64,000 nt of DNA from contig CAWFGE010000008.1 of assembly GCA_963815195.1 (NCBI GenBank), positions 416,001-480,000 on the forward strand. The letters run 5' to 3'. A model generated the notes under the pieces. The model made no database searches and was not told the origin of the DNA. It saw only the letters and a list, made by a program, of their open reading frames with translations. Both the position numbers and the translations under genes were made by a program. This DNA is from an uncultured Planctomycetaceae bacterium (lineage in GTDB: Bacteria; Planctomycetota; Planctomycetia; Planctomycetales; Planctomycetaceae). This document shows positions 22,091 through 34,500 of the stretch, piece after piece; within the stretch, counting starts at the first letter, position 1, and each line of letters starts with the position of its first letter.

Positions 22091-22477
22091 ATGGCCATGA
22101 AAACCCGCGGGGAACTTGAAGCGGCCATCAGCGACGGAGTCAGTCGTTTCGAGCAGGATTACTTCGGCCGGGGGCCGCAGCACATTCATGCCCACCTGAT
22201 CGGCGATCTTCTCGTCATCCGTTTGCAGGGCGTGCTGACGTCTGCGGAACAGCACCTCGTCAAGACGCTCCCGGTGGAAAAAGGGCGGAATCTGTTGAAA
22301 GAAGTTCGGACTCAGTTGATTGAAACAGCCCGGCCCGCTCTGGAATCGTTGGTTCAAGACGTCACCGGCGTCAAACCCCGGAGCTTGCACCACGACATCA
22401 GCACCGTCACCGGCGAAGAGATCCTGGTTTTTGCGCTGGAGGAGGCACCTCGTTGTCGCGAAGCGAAGAAAAAGTAG
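22091..22477 (+). CDS. DUF2294 (MpsC-family) protein
   Basis: MKTRGELEAAIS...YFGRGP...LLVIRLQGVLTSAEQHL...SLHHDISTVTGEEILVF matches the DUF2294 pattern. Confidence 0.85.
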   Translation: MAMKTRGELEAAISDGVSRFEQDYFGRGPQHIHAHLIGDLLVIRLQGVLTSAEQHLVKTLPVEKGRNLLKEVRTQLIETARPALESLVQDVTGVKPRSLHHDISTVTGEEILVFALEEAPRCREAKKK

Positions 22478-22654
22478 CCCTCGTCGTCGATGGCACCGTC
22501 GCGGCAACCGTAGGTTGAACGTCTGGAGGGGCTGCCCATGGCGCTTTCCCGCGGTGGAACGGCCATCCGTGCCCAGCGCGATTATCCCCCGGGGCATTGC
22601 ATCTGATCCGTTCGATGATGATCTCGCCGCGAATCCCGTTCCTTGAGACCTCAA

Positions 22655-22987
22655 TGTCTCGCCCTCATAAATTGCGGGTCTGTCTCGCCTTCATAACCTC
22701 CGGGTCGCCAGTTTCGCACTTTTTCCTGGGTAATGAGCGTAGAGACATGGAGACAAAAAGCCATAACCCCAGGGTCGGCTCTCGGCGAAAGCGTCGAGAG
22801 CTTTCGGGCGATCCCATTCGACGCCGAATCGTGTGTCTCCATTCGCAAACACGTGAGACAAGCCACGGCTGGCCCACGGTGTAAGTTGTTGCCGCAACTT
22901 GGGATAAGTTGGCCGATTTTGCAATTGTCTCGGCCCGCGCAAGAGAAAACCCCTGGGTCGCGGGGTTGCGATCCAGGGGTTCAGTGG
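22655..22987. repeat. Putative island end / att-like region, homologous to 37293-37603
   Basis: Shares CCAGGGGTTCAGTGG (22973-22987), AACTTGGGATAAGTT (22896-22910), TGTCTC...GCAAACACG.GAGACAA and TGTCTCnnnnTCATA motifs with the tRNA-adjacent region. Confidence 0.75.
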
Positions 22988-23135
22988 AGCGGTCCAGACG
23001 CTCTTCAAAACTTTTGCAGAGACATTTTCGATGTCGGGTTCTCTATAGCGAAGCGAATTTCGCAGTTTGGTTCGGATAGCGGGCCGGACCCTCTTCCAAA
23101 CTGGTTCGCCATAGCAAATCGGATCCATCGAGATT

Positions 23136-23894
23136 CTAGGTCAGTCGGGCAGATTCGGGAACGCGCGATTTTTGCTTTTGCCAGAAGCGGCGAAGGCCGA
23201 AGGTAAGTAACGCCAGGCTGCCGAAAGCCATGAGAGCCAGACCGGAGGGTTCGGGCACGGCGGACGCAAAGGTGATCGTGCCCGACGAACTCGTGTAGTC
23301 CAAAGTGCTTGAGGAACTATCTGGGTGAAAAACCGTGTTCGGCCCGGCAATGAGGCTAATTGTAAATGAGTCTCCCATATTAGGAGCTAAGGTTCCGCTA
23401 CCGGAGACCAAGTCGAGTTCCGCCAAGAGCCGCGGCGTCGCCCCCAAAGACACGTTGTTGGCCGTCGAGACGTCGCTTCCGATAAATGTATCATTCGGGC
23501 TCGTGGTCGTACTCACGCTTCCGACTGGGGTGGGAGCAATAATGATGGGAGGAAACCCTGGAAATGGCGGTGGCAAAACCTGACCGTCGCGCTTCAAGCT
23601 GCCAGTGCTGAAAACATAACCGGCATTCGACAATTGAGAATCGCTTTGCGGATCGAGGAATTGAAGTTCGGTCGCCGTTGCGCCGACGGGATCGATGCGG
23701 AATTCAAAATTGAACCGGTTGAGCGTGTCTGCACCGTCGCTGGAAATCCAGACGTCAACGGTTCCTGCACTGCCGGGTGAGAATTGGGTACTCTCGATGG
23801 AGATCGTCAGCATGCCCGACCAGACGATCCCAGGCGCTAGAGCGATTAAGAACGCACTAGTGAATACAGTCGAATTCCAAGCCGTCTTGTTCAT
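23136..23894 (-). CDS. PEP-CTERM sorting-domain surface protein
   Basis: N-terminal signal peptide; C-terminal VPEPS, TM helix and basic tail (RRFWQKQK). Confidence 0.88.
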   Translation of the reverse strand: MNKTAWNSTVFTSAFLIALAPGIVWSGMLTISIESTQFSPGSAGTVDVWISSDGADTLNRFNFEFRIDPVGATATELQFLDPQSDSQLSNAGYVFSTGSLKRDGQVLPPPFPGFPPIIIAPTPVGSVSTTTSPNDTFIGSDVSTANNVSLGATPRLLAELDLVSGSGTLAPNMGDSFTISLIAGPNTVFHPDSSSSTLDYTSSSGTITFASAVPEPSGLALMAFGSLALLTFGLRRFWQKQKSRVPESARLT

Positions 23895-24040
23895 GTGAGG
23901 TTTTCTCTCTGTATCTCAGGCCAATCTTGGACTGTTACTATTTTGTCAGATGGAAGGGGCTAAACGCAATTGCCAAGTCGACAGAATGCACCACCTTTTG
24001 TCTTTCGCGCAACGGCGTGAACGGGCAATCACGTTCACTT

Positions 24041-24866
24041 TCAATCATCCAAGTGCAAACTCCCGTCTAGGATTTTTCCTAGCTCATAATAAGATGCATA
24101 GAGGTCGTCGACGTTGACGACTCCGTCTCCGTTGACATCAACATCGAGATTGCTCCCCGTTTGCCCGATGGCGTCGTTGATCGCATAGAGGTCGGTGCTG
24201 TCGACGACGCGATCCCCATTCGTGTCCCCGTAGAGCCGGTAGAAATTCTCGGTGGTTTCCAGGCCATTGGAGAGATTGTTATCCAAATCGAAGTTCAAGC
24301 CGTAGTAGCCGTCGCCGACGTTCGAGTTGGGATCTCCGCCGATGCCGCCGGCACCGAAATCAATTTGAATCGTCTGGCCGACGAGAGTGATCATCCCGGC
24401 GGTGAGTGTCACGTCTGTCTGACTAGCGGCCGATCCAGTCAAATCCCTTCGCGTCAAGTGGATTCGATCATTTGATGGATCTTCATCCTTCAAACTGTCA
24501 ATCAGCGCCTCTAATGCGGCCCCATCTTCGTTGAAGGTGATGTCCAGATAACGAATGTACGAGCGCTGGGACGCCCCTTTCTGCACGTCGAAGTTCGTAA
24601 TGGCGAGAGCCGGCGGGGAAGCAAACGTCTGGGTCACAATCACGTCTTGGTTGAGATCGGACGGGGCGGCCTCGATATTGCCGTTGCCGTCTGTGCCGAC
24701 GGTATAAAAACGATACGTGTGCGGGGAATCATCCGCAATGGCCTGGTAGGTCATGGTACCGGACTTGTTTGTGCCGCCGGCGTTGACTGTGGCAATGTTC
24801 TGCGGGGCTCCGCCATCAACTTGAACGAATATGTCGATCGTTGATAGTCCGCTGCCACCAACATCG
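24041..24866 (-). pseudogene. 3' remnant of a large surface protein with a C-terminal dockerin type I domain
   Basis: FYRLYGDTNGDRVVDSTD...DVNGDGVVNVDD dockerin repeats. The frame stays open upstream of Met 24754 (DVGGSGLSTIDIFVQVDGG) until it meets the helicase gene near 24866; no start codon or signal peptide. Confidence 0.75.
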
Positions 24867-26970
24867 CATACTTGTCCGTTTGAAGGCGATTCCAGAAGTC
24901 GCTCGATTCTGTCTTGAACTTGTCGCGGAGTTTCCCAACGAGGAGATCCAGCCCTTTCGCTTCATCGACGACAAACCGGCTGACTCCCACGCTTTTCACG
25001 GGAGCTTGGACCTCCGGGAGCACGACGATCGGGAACTCTAGTCCCTTGGCCGCATGCACCGTCATCAATCGCACGTAAGACGGTCGGAGATCCTGGCTTG
25101 GGAGTTCACCCTCCGGCTTGTCGGCATTGGCTAGAATGCTGTGCCGGAGATGAGTGGCGAAGGCTCCCACGGTCAATGCCTGCTCAGATTGCCCCAGGTT
25201 GCGGGCAATCTCGCGAAGCCGCTCCAAGGTCTGCTCCCCTTCAATGTCGTCGTGCTTCTGATGCCACGCTCGAAGTTCGAGCAGTTCATCCATGCGGCCC
25301 AAAAGTTGCGGAACCGTGTCGGTACGGATGCCACTTCGAAGCTCGCGAATATGGTGGGCGACCTCGGGAAAATCGGACTCGAAACGGTCTGTTAATTCAT
25401 GCCCTTGCTTGCGGCCGTACCAGAGAATGCTCGCGGAAACGTCGCGCAATTCGATGTGACGCAGGTAAGGGGTTTCCAGCGCCAAGGCGAGTGGGATATC
25501 GCTTGGATAGTCAAGAATCCAGCGCAGCAACCGATAGACGGCGACCACTTCCCGGCGGCGATAAAACCGTTCCCCTGAGTCGCGGCGGACGTCGATTCCC
25601 TCGGCACCAAGCTTGGCACGAAGCCCGATCAAATACTGTTCCAGCGGCTCATTCTTGCGGAACAGCAATGCAATGTCGCCGGGCTTGACGTCGCGCGACG
25701 CCGTGCCGGTGTCGATCCGGTTTTTGAGCAGGCGGCGGATGACATAGGCGGTTTGGTCAATTCCCGCCGCACGATCGCCCCTGTCACCGGCATCAAAAAA
25801 TGTCAGGGGCGGTATCTTGCTCGTGGACTGAATCGTGCCTTCATGAGGCTTGAGTGGCTGGCCAAGTTCGGGATAGCGTGCGGCCATCGAGCGGAACAGT
25901 GCGTTGTAGGCGTTCAGGAGTTGCTCGGTCGGGCGGCGCGAGATGCTCAAACGCAACAAGTCAGTTCCCTTCTCTTTCGCAATGTCCGGAAGCGAAAGCC
26001 CCGCTCCGCGAAAACCATAGATCGACTGCTTGGCGTCGCCCACAACCATCACCCGATCGAGGTAGGGCTGAAGTTGATCGACGATCCGCTTCTGCAACGC
26101 ATCCGTGTCTTGCGACTCATCAATGAACAGGTAACGGTAGCGCCGGCCCAGGTTGCGGGCCACGGCAGGGCCGTCGTTGCTCTCCAACACCTCGGCCGCG
26201 AACAGCACCAAATCCGTGGCATCGACGCGGTTCGCTTCGATCTTCTTCTGATGATACCGCTTATGCAGTTCGGCCACCGCATTGGCCAAGGCCGCGCGAT
26301 AAGGCTTCCCCACGTCCTCTGGTTGATTGTTCGTTGCCTGGGCAACACGCGCTGGATCGAGACCGCGGTTGCGCAGGGCGGCGTAGATGCTGTTGATGAG
26401 TCGTTCGAGATCGTAAAGCTTCCAATTCGGAGTGCATGTCGAGATCACAGGGCCTGGGTTGGCGGCGGTGAGGAGTTCGGTTAGGACTTCCTCCATCGCC
26501 TCATACTGCATTCCGGGGCTGTAGTCGATGTTCGCAAGGCGTGCAATCTGGGCCCCATAGCCAAACGTCTGGAGGATTTCGCGACAGAATCCATGAATGG
26601 TGCCGACATATGCGCCGGCCAGACGTTCGCGGCAAGTTTGCCAGCGGCGCTGTTCGGGCCGGGAGGAACCGGCAGCCATTTCCAGGTCTTCTAGCGTGGT
26701 TTCCAGGCGTCGGCGGAGTTCGTCGGCGGCTTTGTTCGTGAAGGTGATCAAAACGAACTGGTCCAGTGAAGCCTCCAGTCGCTGCAAAAGCAGTTCAAAA
26801 GCCGCGGCGACCGTGGTGCGGGTTTTTCCCGCGCCAGCCCCCGCATCAACAACCGTAAAAGGGTTCGCGATGACGGAATCGACGACCGCCGCCTGCTCCT
26901 CGCTCACCGTCAATCCGCCGCGCATGAGCGGAGCCAGCGCTTCCACTTGGACATCCTGAATTTGATTCAT
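24751..26970 (-). pseudogene. UvrD/AddA-like SF1A helicase, 3' truncated
   Basis: AGAGAGKT, ITFTNKAADEL, VGTIHGFC, IDESQDT, VGDAKQSIYGFRGA and MTVHAAKGLEF are present. Motif VI (YVAxTRA) is absent and the last ~38 codons are out-of-frame dockerin-gene DNA. Start MNQIQD behind GGGGAG. Confidence 0.85.
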
Positions 26971-29900
26971 AATTGTTCTCCCCACTAATCCGGCACGCCC
27001 AAACACGTAGTGCGCAAAGGACAAAGTTCGCAATGGTCGCCGGGGTTTTTCGGAAAGCGGCCATCGTGCATGGCGCGAACATGTTTCGCCAGATCTAGTT
27101 GGTATTCGGCGTATGTATCCGGGTACGAGTCTTTGCCTAACGCCGCCCGGATGCACTTTCTCCACCACTCGACGGCTGGCTTTGTCGCGGTGAATACAGC
27201 GACGCCGTCGATTTCGATTTCTGAATCCGGTCCACCGCTGTCTCGATACGCGGGCATCAGCCAATGCTGGTGTGTCAAGGCGTTGTGGAGCGAGTAGGCA
27301 AATTTCCCGATTCGCAGAACGTGGACAAGTCCAGTTTCCACCGTCACGGTCTTACTGTCGATCTGCAGAACGAAGTGCAAAGTCTCCGGAGTATGCTCGA
27401 TGGCTACTCCATATTGGAAATTCGTCGGCTTTTGACCCAGCCAGTTGACGAGGCCGTCCACACTGGTCTTCAATTGTTGCCGAATGATCTTCCAGTCCAT
27501 CACCTTCATGGCGGGAAATAACGCTTCGATCTCGGGTCGAGTCTGCCTCAGCGCCTCGTAAAGGGCCTGGCGGAGTTGCTCCGCGTCGGAAAACGGCATC
27601 TTCCCGACGAGTTTCTCAAACGCGCTTTCCAGCCAAACTCCCTGCGCAAAGAATTTCAACTGGAAGGCATCCCGAAACCGCCGCGCATCCTGGTCGAACC
27701 GCTCGAATCTCGCCCGGAACGGACACAGGCGGAACAACGCCACATCGTGCAGCATATACGTGTTCGACAGACCCGGAAGAGCCAACGGTGGCAAGAGTTT
27801 GCCCGCCTCACTGGGTGGTTCTACGACATCCCCTGCCACGGGTTGTTGTCCCAAGAGTTTAGCCGCCACTACGAGATAAGGCGATGGCCCATAAGTCCGG
27901 TCTTCTCCCCGCTGCGCGTAGGACAGATGGAGTCGGTCCTTTGCTGCGCGGACAACTGTCAGGAAGAAATAGCGTTCTTTTTCCCCTTCCTCATCGGCTT
28001 TGAGTTCGAAGAACGGCCAAGTCATCGCCACCGGGCGCGGCACACGAAGGGAATCCAGACCTAAGTAGAATACAACCTGCCGCGGCGAACCGTCGAGACC
28101 TTCGGGAGTGGTGACCCAGACCTGTCCAGACACGACTTCCTCATCGTCCGGTTTGGCCTGTTGGTACTCGCGGGCCACCCCGCTCAGCGCCTCCCCGAAC
28201 TCCTCATCGTTCACGGGGATGGCGCTTGTGCTCATCACTTGTTCGAGGGCGGCCACGATCTGTTCGACCAGGTCGCGTTCATCTTTGCGCAGGTCATGCC
28301 GGTTCAAAATCGTCAATTCGTCACGGAGTTTGCGAATGTGCTCCGCGAAAGTGCGCTTCTGCCCATCGAACAATCGATCGCAAAGGTCTTTGATTTGCTT
28401 TAAGGCCCTCCGCCATAGGCCAAGTTCGCGTTCTCCCGCTTGCCCGCTGGGAAGACGCTGAGCATAGGGTTCGCTTGGCCTCGCCGGTTGCGCGAGCGCT
28501 TTGTTCCAATCTTCGAGCGTTCGGCAACGTTCGAATAGTTGAGCATGCGCTGCGTTGAAAGCATCGACGGTCCCTTGCACGTCCGCCCCCAACCAACCGG
28601 AAAGGAGCATCGTTTCAAACTGGTCCGGCCGAATCTCCAACCGCTGATCGTTGTGAATTTCATAGAGCGTGAGTGCGAAGCGCCCGAGGGGCGTCAGCAG
28701 AAGAACGCGCGGCTCGACGCGGAGGCGATGTTGCAGACCAAGCCGGCGCGCCTCTTCCTGCAGAATGGTGAGGTATTCGCTCCCGTTCCGCGACACAATC
28801 GCAATCTGCTCCGGTTTCAATTGTTCCTCGTCCAAGTAGTGTTTCACGCGCTTCAGACACTGCGCCACCTCCCGGTTGCGATGGTGATAGAACTCGAGCG
28901 TTACGCTCTCATCAGAATCATCCGTCGCGGTGGGTGGTGTTTCCGCGAAGAGACCTGTCTGGAGTCGCCATAGCAAAGTGCCTCCATTTTTCAGGTCCGC
29001 GGGAAGTTCCTCTTGCATCACGCTTGGCTGATAGGGAGCGTAGGTCCGGTCCATCACGGCGAACGCCTCGGGCTGATTCGGATCCTGCGGATGCAGAAAT
29101 ACCACGCGCGCTCCACCGCTTAAGCATGATTGCACGAAGTAACGCTGGAGCGGCGTCAGGTAAGTAAAGCCTTCCATGACCACCAAGGGAGGCGGTTTGA
29201 ATCGCTCGCGCAGGAAATTGCGGGCGGCATCTTCAAAGGTCGGAAGCCCTGAAGACTTCACGTGGGCCCGATACTCGGTTTGAAGCTGCACAAGGATATC
29301 GCCTAGCGAAGGGTTAGTGAGTTGCTCGCGGAGTTCTGGGGTAAGCCCTTCCGTCAGGTCCTCACCGCGCTGCTCAAGTTCGCTGAGGGCATCGAGCCAG
29401 GGAGTCGCGTCATGCCTCACGATCTTCGCCACGCGCTCGTCCTGTATTGCGTCTTGGATGCCGCGAAGCAGGCAGACGCGCTGGTCGAAGCGGGTTAGGA
29501 TCTTCTGCGGATGCATTAGCAATCGTAGAACCCGGTCGAACCGCAAAGCCCTCTCGGGCTTATCATCGCTAGCAGACTGATTCGGCGATTTCTTCTCTGT
29601 GTTCGGCCCGTGCTGGATACTTGGAGTCAAATCGAATCGATTTGCTTCCATCGCCGCCGTAGGTGTGATGTATAAGTACGGATCGGTCTCCGGATTCAGA
29701 CCCAATGCATTACTAACTTCCTGATTGGAAGGTGGAGAACCCCGATAGGTCAGGCGGGTCACGGGCATGGCTTTTGGAGGTGCGGACTTGGCCGCGGTTG
29801 GGGAGAGTTGTTCTGAGGGTGATTCGTCGAACCCACGCACGCGCAGTTCGAAACGGCACTCCTTGCCCCCAGGATCCATCAGCATCCACGCGCCCGCTGG

Positions 29901-29987
29901 CCGTGCGCCGAATACGTACTCGCGCAGGAGTTCCATGTTATCCGATACCGCCTCGTCGCGCGGAGGGATTTCAAATAATCGTCGGCT

Positions 29988-31555
29988 GAGTGTCTGGCCG
30001 TTTTCTATGGCGCGAACTGGGTAGAGTGTGTAAAGTAGGCAATCCTGTCGTCCGCGATGTGCGGGGGCGAGTTGATTTCACTTCCAGAGGAGGGATTGCG
30101 ATGCAGGAACCCCGAGTTGCCAAAGAGGTTTATATTGAGTCAATGCGGTCGGAGCTTGAGGGCTTGTTGGGCGAAGTGATGGAGGCCGTGAATGCGGCGC
30201 CGGGCGGTCGCGTGATTGCCGACAGTGAGGAGCAAGTGCGGCAGTTGATGCACGAGTTTCGCCGCCGGGCTTACGAGCGGGCCGTGCAGATGCGAGCGGA
30301 CTCAGCCGAGTCCGCTTTTCCCCCCTCCGGAGAACGAAGCGACGGGAACACCCATGCGCAACAAAGGTCGCCAGAAGCACACCGTGATGACGGTCAACGG
30401 GCGGGTTAAGCTTCGCCGGATTCGCTGGCAACCAGCCGGCGGCGGCAGCGTGACGCCGCTGGATGAGTGGTTGGACGAAGCCTGCCAGCAGTTCACGCAA
30501 GGCGTCGTCGAATTGGCCTGCCGATTGAACCGTTGCGAAAGCAGTTTTCTGGAACTGTCCGTGACCCTGAAGCGTGCGGCGGGGCTTTCGATCGGCAAGG
30601 AAACGCTCCGGCAATTGATCGAAGCCGAAGGCCAAACGGTCTTGGAACAAACGCGTCGCAACGAACTGAGGCCCGACTGGGAGGCGTCGGATTGCCAAAC
30701 CCCTGAGGGCGAAACTCGCGTGTATTTCGGTTGTGACGGCGTGAAGGTTCCCGTGATCACGGAGACGGAAAAGAAGCAGCGGCGGGCTCAGGTCGTCGAG
30801 AAACGGAAAGAACGCAAATCCGAGGGCCGCTCTCTCAATCCGTTGGAACGATTGAAGCCGGGCGCCGACGGCCCGTACAAGGAATTTCGTCTGGTGCAGT
30901 TTTATTCGGAAGACCAGGAAAACCGCTGGATCAGCGTCAGCCGGGGCGACCATGAAGTGGTCGGGCGGGTGATGCGCCGGGACGCCTCGCGGATTCAGTT
31001 GGATCAGGCGGACGCTTCGATCGGGATTTATGACGGGGCCGTGTGGATCGATCGCCAAGCGGAGAAACAAGGCCTGCGGTTGACCGCCCGCGGACTCGAC
31101 TTCTGGCATCTTCGGGATTACGCGCAAAAGACGCGGCGGTCGCTTTACGGAGACGACGAAGCCGGCAAAAGCTGGCTGGACGAATTGATGCACACCTTCA
31201 AGCATGAAGGTTACGAAACAGCGTGGGATCAGCTCACGACCCAGCGGGCCCAACTGGAAAACGAAACGAAAAAGCAAGCCCTGGATGGACTCTTGCACTA
31301 CATGGCCGAACGCAGCCATCTGATTAAATACCCCGAGTTCCGCGCCAACGGGTGGCAAATCGGCAGCGGTCCAACCGAAGCCCAATGCCGCACGACCACC
31401 AGCCGCATCAAAGGCAAAGGCCGCCGCTGGGATCCCGACAACGCCCTGGCCGTAATGGCCTTGGAAGCCCTCCACCAAAGCCACGCCTGGGACTCTCACT
31501 GGAACCTCAATTGACCAACCAACTTAACCCCGCCAGAATTTCCGGCCACACACTC
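29988..31555 (+). mobile_element. ISKra4-like (mutator-type) insertion sequence
   Basis: Imperfect IRs GAGTGTCTGGCCG / GAGTGTGTGGCCG. Flanking duplication GGCT, or up to TCGGCTGA depending on where the ends are placed. Confidence 0.82.
30101..31514 (+). CDS. ISKra4-like transposase (two ORFs joined at a TTTTCCCCCC slippery site near 30316)
   Basis: ORFs 30101..30409 and 30354..31514 with motifs GCDGVKVP, YDGAVWI, LDFWHLRDY and IGSGPTEAQC. Confidence 0.82.
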
Positions 31556-34500
31556 GGCTGATGAGTAGCACCAACTTGCCGCGGGCGCGGCTCACCAGCA
31601 CATTCAACCGATACGGGCTGAATAGGAAGTCCGCTTCGAGTTGGGCGAACTCCGGGTCGGAAACCACATAGCCGGCGAGAATTGCATCGCGCTCCCGACC
31701 CTGCATGCGCTCCACCGTTTCCACGACGGCATTAGGCCCGAAGGGGCCGGTCACCAGTTGATCTCGCAGCGCCGCGTTCTGGGTACGGTGCGGCGTGATC
31801 ACCGCCAGCCCACGGTTCCAGAGATCAACCAGGTCCCAATCGATTTGCCCTTTGGGCGGACGAATTCGCGGAGCCAAAAGTTCAACCAGGCGCTTGAGGA
31901 CTTCGCGTTCCAACGGATTGTCGGTCCCGGAGGCTGGTCCATCGTACAACAAGACGCAAACTGGGTTCTCGGGGTCGAGCACCTGGCGCTGCCACGGTTC
32001 CAGTTCGAGTTGCCAGCCCTCCCGGAGAGAGAGTCGGCGTTGCGGAACAACCGAATGATAGTTGCCATCATAGAATAGTTCGCCGACGGGTGCGGCCAAG
32101 GGACCATTGAGTCGGTACGTTTCGTTCAGCGGGAACTCGGAAGTGCCCGCGGACTTGAGAAAGGCATACAACGAACCGCCCAGCGCATGGCCGCTTGCGG
32201 TCGTGGCGGCTGTGGTTGGCGTGACGGGCGGAAGTTGCCGATCGTCCCCCGCCACAATCACGCGGCCTCCTTCGGCAAGACCGGCCAGGGCCATGAGTCC
32301 CTGACTGACGACCATCTGCGAAGCTTCATCGATGAGCACCAGATCGAAAACGTGCGCCGTGGGACCATTGCCTTGAGGACCCCTCCCTCAAGGATTTTGA
32401 ATAACGACCAGACCGTCGAGCCGACGACAACCGCTTTGCGCTCTAACCAGCGGCCGACGGCGGGAAGATCGGCTTTGGCGAGAGAAACCGACGCAATCCC
32501 GGACGCAAGTCCCTGGTCCGGGCGGTTTCCCAGGAACGCGAGCGACGTGCCCGGCAGGTGTTCGGCCGTGATGCGGGCGATCCCGTCGAGCAGGTTGCCA
32601 ATGGCTTCGCGTGTGAAACCGGTTACGAGTATGCGGCATGGTCTGCCGGCACGGTGGGCAGCCCAGAGGAATCCTGCCGCCATCCATGACAATAGAAACG
32701 TCTTGCCGGTCCCAGGCGGCCCCAACACAAGCGACGTCCGCAGTCCTGCCGATTCTTTCCATGCCCGGAGTTGTGCGGGGCACAAAGTTCGCCCCGGCGG
32801 TTGCAACCGAGGCAGCGCAAACTCCTCCAGCCCTGCCCGCCACAGTTCGCTGGCTTCGCTGGGCAGTGTCGCTGAGAACTGCTCCGGGTCGTCCAGAAAA
32901 CTCAGAATGTCGTTGCGAACCGTCACGTGCCGGGGCCTCCTTGCTCGAGATGCTGCAAGAAATTCAGTACACGCGGACCATTGACGTCGAAGAATGCTCG
33001 ATCGAGATAAAAACCATCGGCCCCGGTCCGGGGAACCTCGATCAATTTGTGCAGGACGCCTGCTCTCCAAACATCGCGACGGACATCAACCTTCACCGCC
33101 ATGTCCCCATTTGTCGAGCCTTCGTCAATGCGGAAGATGGACACGGCAATATCCGGCCACCGCGCGGTGTCAAGCAGCATGTCAGGATCGCCGTCAGTCA
33201 GGACAACGCCAAACGTCGCGGGGCCGAGGTCCGTCCTCCGGCAATCCGCGGGAACGAGGAAGTGAAGCCGCACTGCAGCCCAACCGGCACCTGCAGGGGA
33301 ACTCTCGGTGCGAATAAATCGCATCGGGCCGATGCAGGCGGACCGCTCTTTGCGCTGATCCGCCGGTTCCGCCAGGGCGGTCAATGCAGCCAATTCAGCG
33401 ATACGGGTATTCAACAGTTCCTGGGCTTCCAAAAGTTGAAGGTTGGCCGCGTCGAGCGGATGGAATTTCATCTGCCAGCGGAACGGAGCCTTCTTCAGCC
33501 GCAGAAATGCCGGGGAAGCTTTCGCGTTATCCGCCAGGATCCAGCGTGCCAAATCCGCCAAGGTTCGCAGGCGCTCGCGCACATCATGTTCAACCAGCGC
33601 AGGGTCCGTGTCGCCTAATTTCAAGCCGCGACAGGCCTCGATGCTCAACCGGGAAGAAAAGGGCGCTCCAAGGACTCGGCAGGATGGTAGGGGTGCGCCA
33701 AGGGAGGATCGGCACTGGCCAACGCCTGGCTGACGCGGGCCAGGTCGAGGCTGACGCGCCGGCAAAGCGTACAGCGCATCGAACACACTTCGCAGACCCG
33801 TCGCCGGCAAGTGCCGGGGACCGCCGTACTCTGGTTCGCCTTGCAGCGGTTCGGGGGGGAACATCCGCACCATGTGCAGCAGTCCGCCACGGATCTCGGC
33901 ATCGCCCAAATGTCTCCCTAAGGCATTTGCCAGATCCGCTGCCTCTGAGGGTTCGTAAACCAAGATGTGAGCAATCCAAGGTTTCCCGGTGGCTTGGCGA
34001 TTGTGCGCGTCGACCTCGTCCAGACAATGACAAACGTCGGACAGCACTCGCCAGATTGCCTGGCGTTCCGCGTCCGCACCCGACTCCGCGATCACGGCGG
34101 TGGTAAATATTCCGTCTCGGTCGGGCAATTCGCACAAGCAGCCCAACGCAGCAAGTCTGTTTTCGACAGGATCATGGTCAACAAGGAGAGAGACGGTCGC
34201 ATCGATTTTCGGCGGCAAGAGGTAAGTCGACCGTTCCGGTTCCCGCGCGACGCTCCCTGTGAGCAGAGCCTTCGCCCGCTTCACGAATCTGCTGCCGCGC
34301 GTATTCAATCCCCAACCCGCTCCCGGCTTCGTCATGATCTCAGGGTTATCCGTCAGTTCGCCGAGCGTCCCGATGCCCACTTCCGCGAGCGCCTGCTTTG
34401 AGTATTGCGACATGCCGGGAATCGCAGAAATATCCCAATCTCTGCGAGGCACATGGTCGGCGATCTTCTTGACACAATGCGACAGATAGTTGCATTGCTC

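Larger units (their letters stand above)
26985..32926 (-). pseudogene. Dna2/Upf1-type SF1B helicase fused to an AddB/RecC-like inactive-helicase plus Fe-S nuclease-fold module (~1450 aa reconstructed); ISKra4-interrupted
   Basis: GTG start at 32926 (RBS AAGGAGG). GPPGTGKT, IDEASQ, GDDRQLPP, TVERMQGRE and RLNVLVSRAR, with an indel near 32380. After IS removal the frame reads LISRRLFEIPP...MELLREY into the 983-aa ORF, which has MEGFTYLTPLQ, IAIVSRN, RLHLSY...PSPYL, CPFR and CELCPLRTTC. Confidence 0.8.

Noticed and set aside
24751..26970. Gabija GajB or housekeeping AddA
   Set aside because: No adjacent OLD/TOPRIM GajA; no C-terminal nuclease is visible (the gene is truncated), and it is linked to a Dna2-like helicase inside an island.
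30024..30031. GAGTGTGT as the left end of the ISKra4 element
   Set aside because: The end at 29988 gives a longer IR match, a flanking duplication and in-frame restoration of the host gene.
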